64,000 nucleotides of DNA from a virus, in IMG/VR virus record IMGVR_UViG_3300035105_000276, positions 63,134 through 127,133 of that record. One strand, 5' to 3'. Of the stretch, positions 9,947 to 19,098 are shown piece after piece; position 1 is the first letter of the stretch, and each line of letters starts with the position of its first letter. The notes under the pieces are model-generated. The model was not told the DNA's origin. It worked only from the letters and a program-made list of their open reading frames with translations, and did no database searches. A program made the position numbers and the translations under genes.

Positions 9947-10714
9947 TCATTTTGCTGCCGGAAAGATATCATCAAACACCACAGGTACTTTTTGTTTCAA
10001 CTCCGCCAGCAGCGGCAGCATCAGTGCCCTGATCTGGGGATGGGCCTTTTTGGAACATCGCAACGTGAACATGTGACGCCACTCACGGATATTTCCCTTG
10101 ACCACAATTTCTGTCTTCAGGGAGTTGGGAAGCATCTCCCTGGCCTGTTCAGGCCGCCATTTATGCTTTATCAGGTATTTGTAATCATTTTCAGCTTTAC
10201 AGCAATTATCAAAGAAAACCCATTCGGGAGAAAGAAGATCATGAAATGCAGGTGTATTTGCTTCTGATTCAGGATTATCAAAATCCCACAGTCCGATAAG
10301 TTTTTCAGAGCACCATACAGGACGGATGAACTCCATTCCGCCATCGTACCGCACATACCGAGTGGATTCTTGAGCAAAGGAGCATAACCTATGCCTGACC
10401 AGTTCATGGGTTACACCTCGATTGGTAACAAACCGGACAATAATATCGCCGAATTCGATCATGTCATGGTGGCCCCGGTCCAGTAACATTTTGACAAACT
10501 TTTGAGAAGAGTGATACTGACAAGCCGTATAAGTACAATTTTGATTAATTTTATTACTGGGGAATACCTCTGGATGCTCACAAAATTCCCCCCATTTTTT
10601 AGTGCATCCAATTTTGTCTTCAGATTTGTAATAGGTACGGCCAGCCAACTCGATTGTTTATAGCAAATTGGCTGGTAGGCTAATTATGCTGTGGCTTTGG
10701 TCTATGATTTTCAT
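9947..10714 (-). CDS. thyX: Flavin-dependent thymidylate synthase, with in-frame TAA at codon 19
   Basis: HELVRHRLCSFAQESTRY, AREMLP, HPQIR; upstream RBS and ATG at 10714 are in frame but TAA lies at 10658-10660. Confidence 0.9.
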
Positions 10715-10989
10715 TCTTCTTCTCCTTTGTTAAGAATCTTCGCATACTCAATCAATGCCTGCTTTGCATCTTGTTTTGTAACAAAACATCCAATTTGGTA
10801 TGCTCCAGTCTCATCCCAGGCAATGTAGCCCGGCGTTATATGACGGTCGGTCCAATGAGATTCAGTAAATTTGTCTTTCATTTTGATTCCTTTTGATTGG
10901 CTAATCCTGAGAAATTTCCAATACCACAAGAACACTATGCAGTACCCTATAGGGGCTAATATCAGTAAGACTCCCATAGGAATCGTCAC
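10711..10989 (-). CDS. Hypothetical protein with TM segment
   Basis: ORF with GGAGG RBS. Confidence 0.5.
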   Translation of the reverse strand: MTIPMGVLLILAPIGYCIVFLWYWKFLRISQSKGIKMKDKFTESHWTDRHITPGYIAWDETGAYQIGCFVTKQDAKQALIEYAKILNKGEEE

Positions 10990-11039
10990 CTCCCCACCCC
11001 CACCTTTTCATCCAGTTCTCCAAGTGGAAACCCCGGTCT

Positions 11040-12410
11040 TCAGGCCGGGGAGGAAACTTGGCTTGCACCCTGAAGGGCATAAACAAAATTATATCCGTTC
11101 TGACGGGATATGAGTTTGCAATACTTCCAGGATATTCCCTGGACGGTTTCCGTATTAGTTTGGATATTAAAGCTGCCGGACTTCCGGACAGCCACTCTGC
11201 CAATATACGTTCCTTTCTTCTTACCAGTAGGAACGATCGCTTTAACCATATCCCCGGTGGCAAAACCGTGAACTGTTTTCTGATCCATCAGGTATCCCCG
11301 GGGGAAGCCGTATTTGTCCACACGGGTTCTTTGATAACTGCCACGGCCCATGGCCTTTATCAGGAACACGTTTTGTTTCCAGCCGGATACCGAATCCACT
11401 TTGCCGGTGCAGGCAGCATCCAGACAATGGGTTTTGGGTATATCCAGCCGGGACCGGTTGTATTTGGTCCTGCCACCGGTTGAGCATTCTACCGGCAGGC
11501 CCAGGCCCCTGAATTCAAAAAAGATAGCGTTCCTGGTGGCGTTTACCGCTGCGGTTGATGTAAGGGAGGGTCTTTTACCTTCCAGGAACCTGGTGGCATT
11601 TTTGACCCGGACCTGATCTATCTTTTTTTGTGACCTGGATAAAAGGCGGATCCAGTCTGTCGGCTGCAGGTTCTTTTTTGATTCCTGATTACAGGCTTTA
11701 CAGGCAATGGCCAGGTTACTGATCCGGTTTGATCCTTTATCCCCTTTTGAGGGATTGCGGGGGATGAAATGCTCAATTTCCAAGACCGGATCCTTGCTCA
11801 AGCCATTGCAATAAACACATTTTCTGCCATATCGTTCCAACAGATATTCCCGAAGCTCGTATCCGAACAGGGTCCCTTGCTGATACTCAATCCCTGAAAT
11901 ATCCGGGTTCTGCAACTTCTGAGCATCGAACCGGACCCGTTCAAGGACAATGCCTGTGACCGGGCAGAGCCTTTGATACTTTTTCACCCAGGATAAAGTG
12001 TTATCCACCCGTGATCTGAGACTTGGCGGAAGCCACCCTTTGGGCCGGGTTCTGTTATCGAACCGGGGCTTTCTGTGCCAGAGGTTTGCGGTCCTTCGCC
12101 TTCTCCGGTAATTGGATCTTTGATCCAGTTTCTTCCGGATGGCAGCGCCCCGATGGGTCAGTTCCGACAGGTGCAGTATCTGGGCATGACCGCCATCCTG
12201 TCTCACCACGGCCATGCCGGTTGTTTTGGCTCCGGGATCAATTTTAACATTAACCGGCTGCACATCACTGTCCTCCCGGATCCGGTCAACGAGTCTAATG
12301 GTGAATGGAAACATATGGTGAACCCGGGCCCGGCCCTGTGCAAGAAACTTTCTTGCCCTGGCCGGATGGCACGGCATCAACGGATCACCGTTCTTGTCAA
12401 TTACAAACAC
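11040..12410 (-). CDS. iscB: IscB RNA-guided endonuclease
   Basis: VFVID..PLMPCHPARAR, RuvC-I IDPG, RRRRR bridge helix, HNH EIEHFIP..N..CKACN, RuvC-III HCLDA; start estimated. Confidence 0.95.
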   Translation of the reverse strand: MFVIDKNGDPLMPCHPARARKFLAQGRARVHHMFPFTIRLVDRIREDSDVQPVNVKIDPGAKTTGMAVVRQDGGHAQILHLSELTHRGAAIRKKLDQRSNYRRRRRTANLWHRKPRFDNRTRPKGWLPPSLRSRVDNTLSWVKKYQRLCPVTGIVLERVRFDAQKLQNPDISGIEYQQGTLFGYELREYLLERYGRKCVYCNGLSKDPVLEIEHFIPRNPSKGDKGSNRISNLAIACKACNQESKKNLQPTDWIRLLSRSQKKIDQVRVKNATRFLEGKRPSLTSTAAVNATRNAIFFEFRGLGLPVECSTGGRTKYNRSRLDIPKTHCLDAACTGKVDSVSGWKQNVFLIKAMGRGSYQRTRVDKYGFPRGYLMDQKTVHGFATGDMVKAIVPTGKKKGTYIGRVAVRKSGSFNIQTNTETVQGISWKYCKLISRQNGYNFVYALQGASQVSSPA

Positions 12411-12731
12411 ACGGCTTACGCCGTTCTCCGCCGAAGCACCCATAGAGCACACGGCGGGTGACGGTTCAACCCTGGCATCGGTTGAACTCTCCCCTCGGGA
12501 TTGTTGCACAGCGGCATTCTGCCCGGACCCGTTTCGTCCATACCCCTGTAGGTTTTCTGCAACCCGGGCTTCAAGTGGGCGGGACTGAGGAAGCATCCCG
12601 CCGTTGGTCTTTAGCTCTCTATGCAACTTTTAATGTTCTCCTTTTTTGTATTTGCCATTAAACTTTGAACATTTCCCTGGTCAACCATGGAGCCTTTTAC
12701 AAGCTCCGGCCTTTAGGCCGGGGTAGTTGAC
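12411..12731 (-). ncRNA. omegaRNA scaffold of IscB element 1
   Basis: GTCAAC...GTTGACCAG pairing and hairpins directly upstream of iscB. Confidence 0.8.
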
Positions 12732-12757
12732 TTGGCCTTACCTTGAACATTGCCATG

Positions 12758-13075
12758 CTATTTCTCCTTATTCAAAACCTCATGCCGCGCGATCTCCTCC
12801 AACAGCACCTTCTGGTCTTTCCCTGTTTTTTCCGCCAGAAACTCCCGAGAAGACTGCTTCGCCTTGGCCAGTGTAGTCTGCAGCTCAACGTTTACCCCCA
12901 TACCAGTGGTCATTTCATGAATCCACCAGTGGTTCTCGTCCTTGTATGCAATGAACCGGGCCTTGCTGTAACCTTTGAGTTTAATCTCCTCGGCTTTGAC
13001 CGTTTCAATCTCCTGGGTTTCGGGGCACCGTACTTTGTATCGTTTCAGAGTCGTCTCTGTTTTTTTCTTTGGCAT
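12758..13075 (-). CDS. Hypothetical protein
   Basis: GGAGG RBS. Confidence 0.6.
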   Translation of the reverse strand: MPKKKTETTLKRYKVRCPETQEIETVKAEEIKLKGYSKARFIAYKDENHWWIHEMTTGMGVNVELQTTLAKAKQSSREFLAEKTGKDQKVLLEEIARHEVLNKEK

Positions 13076-13298
13076 GCAAATTCCTCCTTATTCGTTGTCG
13101 TTCCTTTTTTTTCCAAATTCTGCGAGTCTCCCGGCGTTTTCTGGAAGACCTCGTGTAGCTCTTGTACTCTCCACCTGCAGCATCTTCTGGGAGTTTTCTT
13201 CCCACTACAGATTTTCTGGCAAATTCTTGAATGTCCAGTATATCCGGGTAATCTCCCAGCCCATTTCCAGGTACTCTGGGTATTCCGTATGGTTTCAT
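13005..13298 (-). CDS. Basic hypothetical phage protein (MKPYG...)
   Basis: Arg/Lys-rich ORF in overlapping gene chain. Confidence 0.55.
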   Translation of the reverse strand: MKPYGIPRVPGNGLGDYPDILDIQEFARKSVVGRKLPEDAAGGEYKSYTRSSRKRRETRRIWKKKERQRIRRNLHAKEKNRDDSETIQSTVPRNPGD

Positions 13299-13567
13299 TC
13301 TTCGGACTCCTTGGATAAATCTTCAAGGCAGGATGAATCCTTCAGCACCATAAACCCTATCTTTGCCAGAGGAGAAGGCTCTTCACCCAAAGCTTCAGAC
13401 ATCAGCACTTTCTTTTTAAAATCCTCGATACATTCTTTGATTACAGAATGAGATACGTAAGTTGCGGGTTTTAGGGTAATGTGAACCAGATCCGATGTGC
13501 CCTGGGGGGATAACATACGCTCCATGTGACCTATCATGTCTTGTAAAGTGGGTCTCTCTTTGGGCAT
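13295..13567 (-). CDS. Hypothetical protein
   Basis: GGAGG RBS. Confidence 0.6.
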   Translation of the reverse strand: MPKERPTLQDMIGHMERMLSPQGTSDLVHITLKPATYVSHSVIKECIEDFKKKVLMSEALGEEPSPLAKIGFMVLKDSSCLEDLSKESEE

Positions 13568-13578
13568 GGTGGCCTCCC

Positions 13579-13947
13579 TTATTCTTCGTCAGATTTATGC
13601 CCCTGGATCGATACCTTGGGAAGGGCAGCATCCATTTTGGTAAATATCCGAAAGACTCCACCTAAAATGAATCTGAAGAATAATTTCATAAAACAAAAGA
13701 AAGCCAGAATGCAAAGTAAGGCAGGCCAGAAAATTAAAACGCACAAAAAGTGACCCACTACACTGAACCGAAAGTACACTTCGCCACCAAAATGATAGTC
13801 ACCATCTGAATCTTTGTAAGCCCGCCCTAACAGGACTTCGTACCTTTTCTTATCAAAAAATCTGCAAAAATAAACGTAGAATACCAGGCCAAAACAGACA
13901 TAGAACACACAGAATACTAAGCTGAACACCCAACTGATCAAAAACAT
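13579..13947 (-). CDS. Membrane protein, hypothetical
   Basis: Hydrophobic helices; AAGGAG RBS before ATG 13947. Confidence 0.6.
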   Translation of the reverse strand: MFLISWVFSLVFCVFYVCFGLVFYVYFCRFFDKKRYEVLLGRAYKDSDGDYHFGGEVYFRFSVVGHFLCVLIFWPALLCILAFFCFMKLFFRFILGGVFRIFTKMDAALPKVSIQGHKSDEE

Positions 13948-13978
13948 ATTTTTCTCCTTTTTGTATAAAATTGTAGAA

Positions 13979-14114
13979 TCGGAGGGGCAGTGATTTGAAC
14001 ACTGCATGCCTTATTGTGGTGCCGGTTACGGTCTGCGGACTTACACCATCTTACCCGACCTTTGCTCCTTATAATCAAGGACAACCCTGCGTCTACCCAT
14101 TCCGCCACCCCCCG
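13979..14114 (-). ncRNA. tRNA-like RNA (Leu-type D arm) with enlarged anticodon region
   Basis: Acceptor stem CGGGGGG/CCCTCCG, D arm TGGCGGAATGGGTAGACGC, T arm GCAGTG-TTCAAAT-CACTGC; 136 nt in total. Confidence 0.7.
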
Positions 14115-14138
14115 ATTTTTATACCTATAATTTAAATT

Positions 14139-17100
14139 TTAACCACACGTGGTAAATCCACATTCTCTGCACATAGCACATCCGCCCTCATGAAACAAAG
14201 CCATCTGTTTACACTCCGGGCACTTTGCTCCGCGCACACCTTCAGATCCATCACCCTCGTCTAGTTCATCAGGTAAAGCAGAAGGGCGATATTTCGCCAA
14301 TACCCGCTTCAGCACGCTGGCAACATCCACCATGGTGTACGCACTTTTCTGAAGCTGCTCCAGTACCTCTTCCAAGGGTATTCCATACCGCAGCAGCATG
14401 CTGATCAGACGACAGGCCAGGTCCCAGTTACTGGTGCGCTCCTGCCATAGTGTCGGATTGAATTGGCCATCACCGTTTGCACCGGCTTCTACCGGCAACT
14501 TGGCAAATACCTCAATGGGCATCTCATCCCCATCTGTGGAGACAATCACATACAGTTTGGCCTTTTTCCAGAATACCCGGTACCTGGTGGCCTCCTCCAC
14601 ATCGAACAAGCCCCGTTTAATCAGAGTGCCCGGGGCGGGGAGGGGTAGTGCAGAAGTCTTCTGTTTTTCAGAAATAGCCCCCAGTACCCCTACCTTGCAG
14701 TTTTCACGGAATACAGTCACACCTTTCAGCCCCAGTTCATAAGCTTCCAGGTAAATTTTTGAAATCTCCTGTGGGGTTGTGTTCTCAGGCAGGTTCAAAG
14801 TAGAGCTGATGGACGCGTCCGTGTACTCCTGCAGCGCACTTTGCATACGCAGCCTATCCATAGGGTCAACCTCATTGGCTTCTACATAGCCCAACATAAC
14901 TTTGGCTTCTTCCAAGGTTTTACCTTTAAACCGGTTGAAGTCCTCAAGCATGCGAACCACTGCCGGCCGGTGAATCATTTCATAGGTTTTTCCGTCAATT
15001 TTATTCTTCCGGGCGTATGCGAATTTGTATAAGGGTTCGCCCCCCGATGTAAGGTTTCCGGAAATAATGCTGATGCTCCCGCACGGGCCCATAGTGTTGA
15101 AGGCTGTATTTGCCAAACCTGTATCCAATATCGCGTTGGTGAGGATGTCTCTGCATTCGTACCCGTCCACCAGGTTTGTGTAATAATTACATTCAACAAA
15201 GCGTTCCCTGGCCTCTCTTGGCTCAAGAGCCGGGGCTACACCGAATTTGGCCACCGCCTCCACACTGGCTTCAAGCTCAGCAATGGCTTTTCTTTTGGCC
15301 AGATCTGACAAAAACTGCACAGCTTCCGTGCTGCCGTAGGTCATACCCAGGGCTGCCAGAACATCACCAATTCCTGTCATTTCAATGCCAATTCGCCGGC
15401 TGAACTCGTCCATCTCTCTCTGCGGCTGCAAAGGATGTCTCTCACGGTTCATTTCGGAGAACACATTTAAAATGTACACTGCCGTTTTGACATCTGTGAG
15501 AAATCTGGTGTAATCAAATGTACCATCAGGTGTGCTGTATTTTGTGAGTACCATACAGCCCAGAAGGCAATTAGCCCAGTTAGGCAGCATCTGTTCCCCA
15601 CAGTTCAGAGTAGCGATACCATTAAACATACCCATTCCGCGTTTAGGGTCGGTAAAGCAATAAACTTTTTCCGCTATCTCACCTGTTCTTTCTACGCTTT
15701 TTACACGGACTATTTTAGAGCATCTAGCCTTAACCCAACCCTGTTTTACTTTAAGCCTTTTCGGAGAAAATCCACACTCCAGGCTTAGTATTGAAACACT
15801 ATGTGCAGGTATCAGAAGTCTGTATGAGGTAGCACAGGCGTACTCTTTTTCCCCCCCTCTACCATCAGGCATAGGCTTAACACATTCTTCTTTCATAAGG
15901 CTTACAGAGGATTGACATCCCATAGTGCACAGTAATAACTGTATATCACGCAGAAACTGCTCATTTATACTGGTTATGCCAATAGAGCTCCAAGTGCTTT
16001 CTCCCTTCTTTGCCTGGCAGCCGCCATCCGCATCACAGATACCTTCAAGCCAAGCTATCTTTGATGGGAGATCGTACTGAAATGGGATAAAGAGTTTATC
16101 CCAAAATTTATCCTTATCCAGAGTGACCATAACTTTACCCGAGGGGGGGTACGGCCCACACGAATGTGAATACTCCAGAGAATCCAGTAATTTAATTTTC
16201 TCATCATAAAGGGTTATCCCGTAATGAGGATACTTACCCTTTTTTAGAGAATAATATCCGTCACCCGCAAAAAAACCCAAAGTATACGCGTACTTTTTAT
16301 CTACGGATTCCCCTTCTTTAATTATAGGGTAAGAAAACTTTATCAGAGGATCATTTTCCTGGAGAGAACCAGCTTCCACAGACTTTTGCTGGTGCAGTGA
16401 GTTACCTGCCCTTAAACGAAACCCGTGGTAAAGAGTTGGTTTTAGGACTAAACCATTATTGAATTCTACCCGCAGTACCTCTTGATTTTCACCAGTAACT
16501 CTTGGGATCACAGTAGTCCATTCAAATCCATTCCAGATTATTGTTTCTTGGCCCACACAATCCTGAATTGGTTTATGGCCCTTATCGGTTAAGATTAGAG
16601 TATCCCCAGTGACACAAGGGTTAGAGCCACGGGGAGTTAACTTTTCATTGATATATGTACCAAACGTCCACCCTTCCACAGTATCCTTGAAAATCAGTCC
16701 AGGATCCCCACAGGCATGGGCAGCCTCCGCAATCATCTGAATTAACTCTCGTGCTTTTAGTACCTGGTACACTTTTTTAGGCAGACCCGCTTTTTCCCAG
16801 GCATCAAAGTCCCCATCCCACTTTTCGTTGTACACTTCCTTTCCTGTGGCTTCGATATCCGGGAACCACAACTCGAAATACTTGTCGTCAAACACAGCCT
16901 TAATGAACTCAGAATTTACCATGAGAGAAAGGTTAGCCCCTTCAATGTTTGGTAAAGACCCAGTGATTGCATCCCTCTCAAAAACCTGTTCCGGCTTGTG
17001 TTTTGACAAAATGAACTTCGGAGAATCCGGGTGGCGAATGTCCATGGACATCAACAAAGCACCTCTACGTCCATTCTGGCCGATACTCCTCACACATTCG

Positions 17101-17570
17101 TTGAAGCTCGGCATAAAACTTACAGCTCCGGAGCTCTCTTTTGCCGCATTGTTCACCAGGGCGGTTTCGGGGCGCAGAATATTCAAAGATATCCCGGACC
17201 CTCCACGGTAGCTGAAAGTACGGGCCAAATGCTTCTGGGCATCAAAAATACCTTCAAGGCTATCTTCCAGAATCGGAGTGTAATAGCAGTTGGATAAACT
17301 GCATGTCCCGGTGGCCCCCAGACCGTATAAAATACTGCCAGCAGGTATGAATCCTCCGGACATAATCAAGGTATCCACGTAGTCGGTGATAGCGTGAAAT
17401 CCAATCTTGTGCAGGTGGGCCCGGATCAACTTGGATACCCGGGTCCGTATATTCAACAAATATGTTTCCTGGCCATGGGTGTATTTATTCTGCACTATCA
17501 TCTGAGCGAAATCGTCGCTCTCGTTCAAACTATCAAGCAGCAGGTTTCTTGTAATTACTGTTGTCTTCAT
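14139..17570 (-). CDS. nrdJ: Class II (adenosylcobalamin-dependent) ribonucleotide reductase with intein
   Basis: SNCY, GGSG, RRGA, NPC[intein]GE, GPCGSIS, SISSTLN, KGVTVFR, C-terminal CxxC-CxxC. Confidence 0.92.
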   Translation of the reverse strand: MKTTVITRNLLLDSLNESDDFAQMIVQNKYTHGQETYLLNIRTRVSKLIRAHLHKIGFHAITDYVDTLIMSGGFIPAGSILYGLGATGTCSLSNCYYTPILEDSLEGIFDAQKHLARTFSYRGGSGISLNILRPETALVNNAAKESSGAVSFMPSFNECVRSIGQNGRRGALLMSMDIRHPDSPKFILSKHKPEQVFERDAITGSLPNIEGANLSLMVNSEFIKAVFDDKYFELWFPDIEATGKEVYNEKWDGDFDAWEKAGLPKKVYQVLKARELIQMIAEAAHACGDPGLIFKDTVEGWTFGTYINEKLTPRGSNPCVTGDTLILTDKGHKPIQDCVGQETIIWNGFEWTTVIPRVTGENQEVLRVEFNNGLVLKPTLYHGFRLRAGNSLHQQKSVEAGSLQENDPLIKFSYPIIKEGESVDKKYAYTLGFFAGDGYYSLKKGKYPHYGITLYDEKIKLLDSLEYSHSCGPYPPSGKVMVTLDKDKFWDKLFIPFQYDLPSKIAWLEGICDADGGCQAKKGESTWSSIGITSINEQFLRDIQLLLCTMGCQSSVSLMKEECVKPMPDGRGGEKEYACATSYRLLIPAHSVSILSLECGFSPKRLKVKQGWVKARCSKIVRVKSVERTGEIAEKVYCFTDPKRGMGMFNGIATLNCGEQMLPNWANCLLGCMVLTKYSTPDGTFDYTRFLTDVKTAVYILNVFSEMNRERHPLQPQREMDEFSRRIGIEMTGIGDVLAALGMTYGSTEAVQFLSDLAKRKAIAELEASVEAVAKFGVAPALEPREARERFVECNYYTNLVDGYECRDILTNAILDTGLANTAFNTMGPCGSISIISGNLTSGGEPLYKFAYARKNKIDGKTYEMIHRPAVVRMLEDFNRFKGKTLEEAKVMLGYVEANEVDPMDRLRMQSALQEYTDASISSTLNLPENTTPQEISKIYLEAYELGLKGVTVFRENCKVGVLGAISEKQKTSALPLPAPGTLIKRGLFDVEEATRYRVFWKKAKLYVIVSTDGDEMPIEVFAKLPVEAGANGDGQFNPTLWQERTSNWDLACRLISMLLRYGIPLEEVLEQLQKSAYTMVDVASVLKRVLAKYRPSALPDELDEGDGSEGVRGAKCPECKQMALFHEGGCAMCRECGFTTCG
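15603..16616 (-). mobile_element. Intein with LAGLIDADG homing endonuclease (338 aa)
   Basis: Starts CVTGDT, ends ATLN before +1 Cys; LGFFAGDG and LEGICDADG motifs. Confidence 0.9.
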
Positions 17571-17583
17571 TGCTATTTTCCTT

Positions 17584-18162
17584 TCAAAGCAAATTTCTGA
17601 TTAATGCAGGGTTGCTGGCATAGATAAAAACGTCATTCCTGGGCGAGTGCATGTGAATGTCCTTGTAGCTCACACAGGCACGATTATTCAGCCTGTTGTC
17701 CACACAGCAGGGTACCGTGATGTACACCCAGGTTCTCAATTTCTGAATCAGTACAGACACTTCTTTTTTTGATACATGGGAGTGGTTGGCCAGAACTAAT
17801 GTGGGTACATTTAATATTTGATGCTTGGTGCCCGCCGACTCCCGCAGATAATCCCCCAGCGTAGCACTATACTTGAATAGCCTCAGGATGCTTTCTGCGG
17901 CTGTCAAGTCCAGCTGAGGATCAATACACACCACTTTTTTCTTATAGTTCAGCGCCATCAGTGCCCCCAGAGTAGGGCGCCGGCCGCAGCCTACATCATA
18001 GATCACATCAGGATCAAAAGTCCGCAAAAGGTTGCGGCACAGGTTGAACACACCCCCTGTTTCAGACCATTCTTTGATATCCACCACATGATTCATGGCT
18101 TTTAAAAAATCGGGAAAGCTTTTTCTTTCCATAACGTGTTGAAGGTTTTTAATGCTTTTCAT
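17584..18162 (-). CDS. Putative SAM-dependent methyltransferase-like protein
   Basis: YDVGCG motif I, V.CIDP motif II, VPCC. Confidence 0.6.
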   Translation of the reverse strand: MKSIKNLQHVMERKSFPDFLKAMNHVVDIKEWSETGGVFNLCRNLLRTFDPDVIYDVGCGRRPTLGALMALNYKKKVVCIDPQLDLTAAESILRLFKYSATLGDYLRESAGTKHQILNVPTLVLANHSHVSKKEVSVLIQKLRTWVYITVPCCVDNRLNNRACVSYKDIHMHSPRNDVFIYASNPALIRNLL

Positions 18163-18231
18163 ACATGGTTTCTCCTTTAATATTTGTGAAAGTATGTGCG
18201 GAAAGCGAAATTCGTGAAGAGGCCAAATAGT

Positions 18232-18278
18232 TAAAAAAATAAAAAAGCCCCACGCAGAGAAGGCAGTCTGCGTGGGGT
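18232..18278 (-). terminator. Rho-independent terminator
   Basis: CCCCACGCAGA...TCTGCGTGGGG followed by a T tract. Confidence 0.85.
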
Positions 18279-18283
18279 TGGCA

Positions 18284-18376
18284 CTAAAGCCCCGCCAGGT
18301 ATGCCCGGAGGCGGGCTCTGGCTTCGGTTAAGGTACGGCCTGAAAAGACCATCCCTTGAAATGTAATATGGGCCAT
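18284..18376 (-). CDS. 30-aa peptide MAHITFQGMVFSGRTLTEARARLRAYLAGL
   Basis: AAAGGAGG RBS, with its own promoter-like motif and terminator. Confidence 0.65.
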   Translation of the reverse strand: MAHITFQGMVFSGRTLTEARARLRAYLAGL

Positions 18377-18442
18377 GTGGCCCTCCTTTCTCCCGCTGCA
18401 GCGGGGATTAAATTACCTGGATTTATACCATCCAGTTATAAT

Positions 18443-18473
18443 CTTATAACAAAGAAAGAAGGGCTTTTTTGAA
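18443..18473 (-). promoter_or_regulatory. Putative early promoter (TTCAAAAAA...TGTTATAAG)
   Basis: Similar motif at 26930-26959 and 49303-49331. Confidence 0.5.
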
Positions 18474-18474
18474 T

Positions 18475-19062
18475 CTACACAGCCGGCTCCAGGTCCATCC
18501 CGAGAATCACACTTTTAAAGTGCTCCCGGGTACCTACGTTCCACAGGTGAATGTCATATTTGAAATCAAATACCGACTCATCCGCATGGTTATCCGGAAT
18601 ATTCGCCTCCGCAGCCTCTCTGCGAACCAGTACCGATTTCACCGGAATGGTGCACTCTTCAAAGTGGTCCTGAAACTGAGCCAGATGCTTGGGCTCCCTG
18701 GCCACCACGCACACTATTACCGGTTTATCCGGAATACCGTGAATGCTTATTGGGTCTTTGTCCAGCATGTTGGTGTATAAAAGGTCTGTCAGTTGCTGCT
18801 CTACCACATCAATGGTTTTTTGAAACGGGAACCCATTAAAGTCATCCAGTAAAGTGGCAAGGTCCGCCAGAAATTTACGACTCCTGTTATCTTTGGCCCC
18901 AGACCACCCAACAGCCTCCGCAATCAATTTTACCGGATTTATAATACTGGTTCGAATCACATGATACCGGTTCGATTCAATCAGAGTGTCAATGAAAAGG
19001 TCTTTACCTGTACCTGCTACACCGTTTATCAAAAGGGCCATTATCTTTGCATTCTTTTGCAT
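18475..19062 (-). CDS. P-loop nucleotide (dNMP/adenylate-like) kinase
   Basis: INGVAGTGKD Walker A; GW.G.KD..R..L; NHAD. Confidence 0.8.
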   Translation of the reverse strand: MQKNAKIMALLINGVAGTGKDLFIDTLIESNRYHVIRTSIINPVKLIAEAVGWSGAKDNRSRKFLADLATLLDDFNGFPFQKTIDVVEQQLTDLLYTNMLDKDPISIHGIPDKPVIVCVVAREPKHLAQFQDHFEECTIPVKSVLVRREAAEANIPDNHADESVFDFKYDIHLWNVGTREHFKSVILGMDLEPAV

Positions 19063-19098
19063 ACATCTAATCCTTTATGTCTTTTTCAACAATCCGGC

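Larger units (their letters stand above)
11012..12731 (-). mobile_element. IS200/IS605-family IscB (OMEGA) element, non-autonomous
   Basis: 5' end GTCAACTACCCCGGCCTAAAGGCCGG hairpin; 3' hairpin CCCCGG-CCTGAAGA-CCGGGG; contains iscB; 3' boundary inferred. Confidence 0.85.

Noticed and set aside
12411-12626. N-terminal extension of IscB-1 in the ORF track (and 32006-32077 for IscB-2)
   Set aside because: Overlaps the omegaRNA; IscB proteins begin at the VFV...PLMP segment
11012-12731. IStron (group I intron-IS hybrid)
   Set aside because: No room for or sign of a group I core; the reconstructed empty site restores only a 16-codon ORF
13979-14114. tRNA-Sec or tmRNA
   Set aside because: No UCA anticodon loop, 8-bp acceptor or long D stem; too short and no tag ORF for tmRNA
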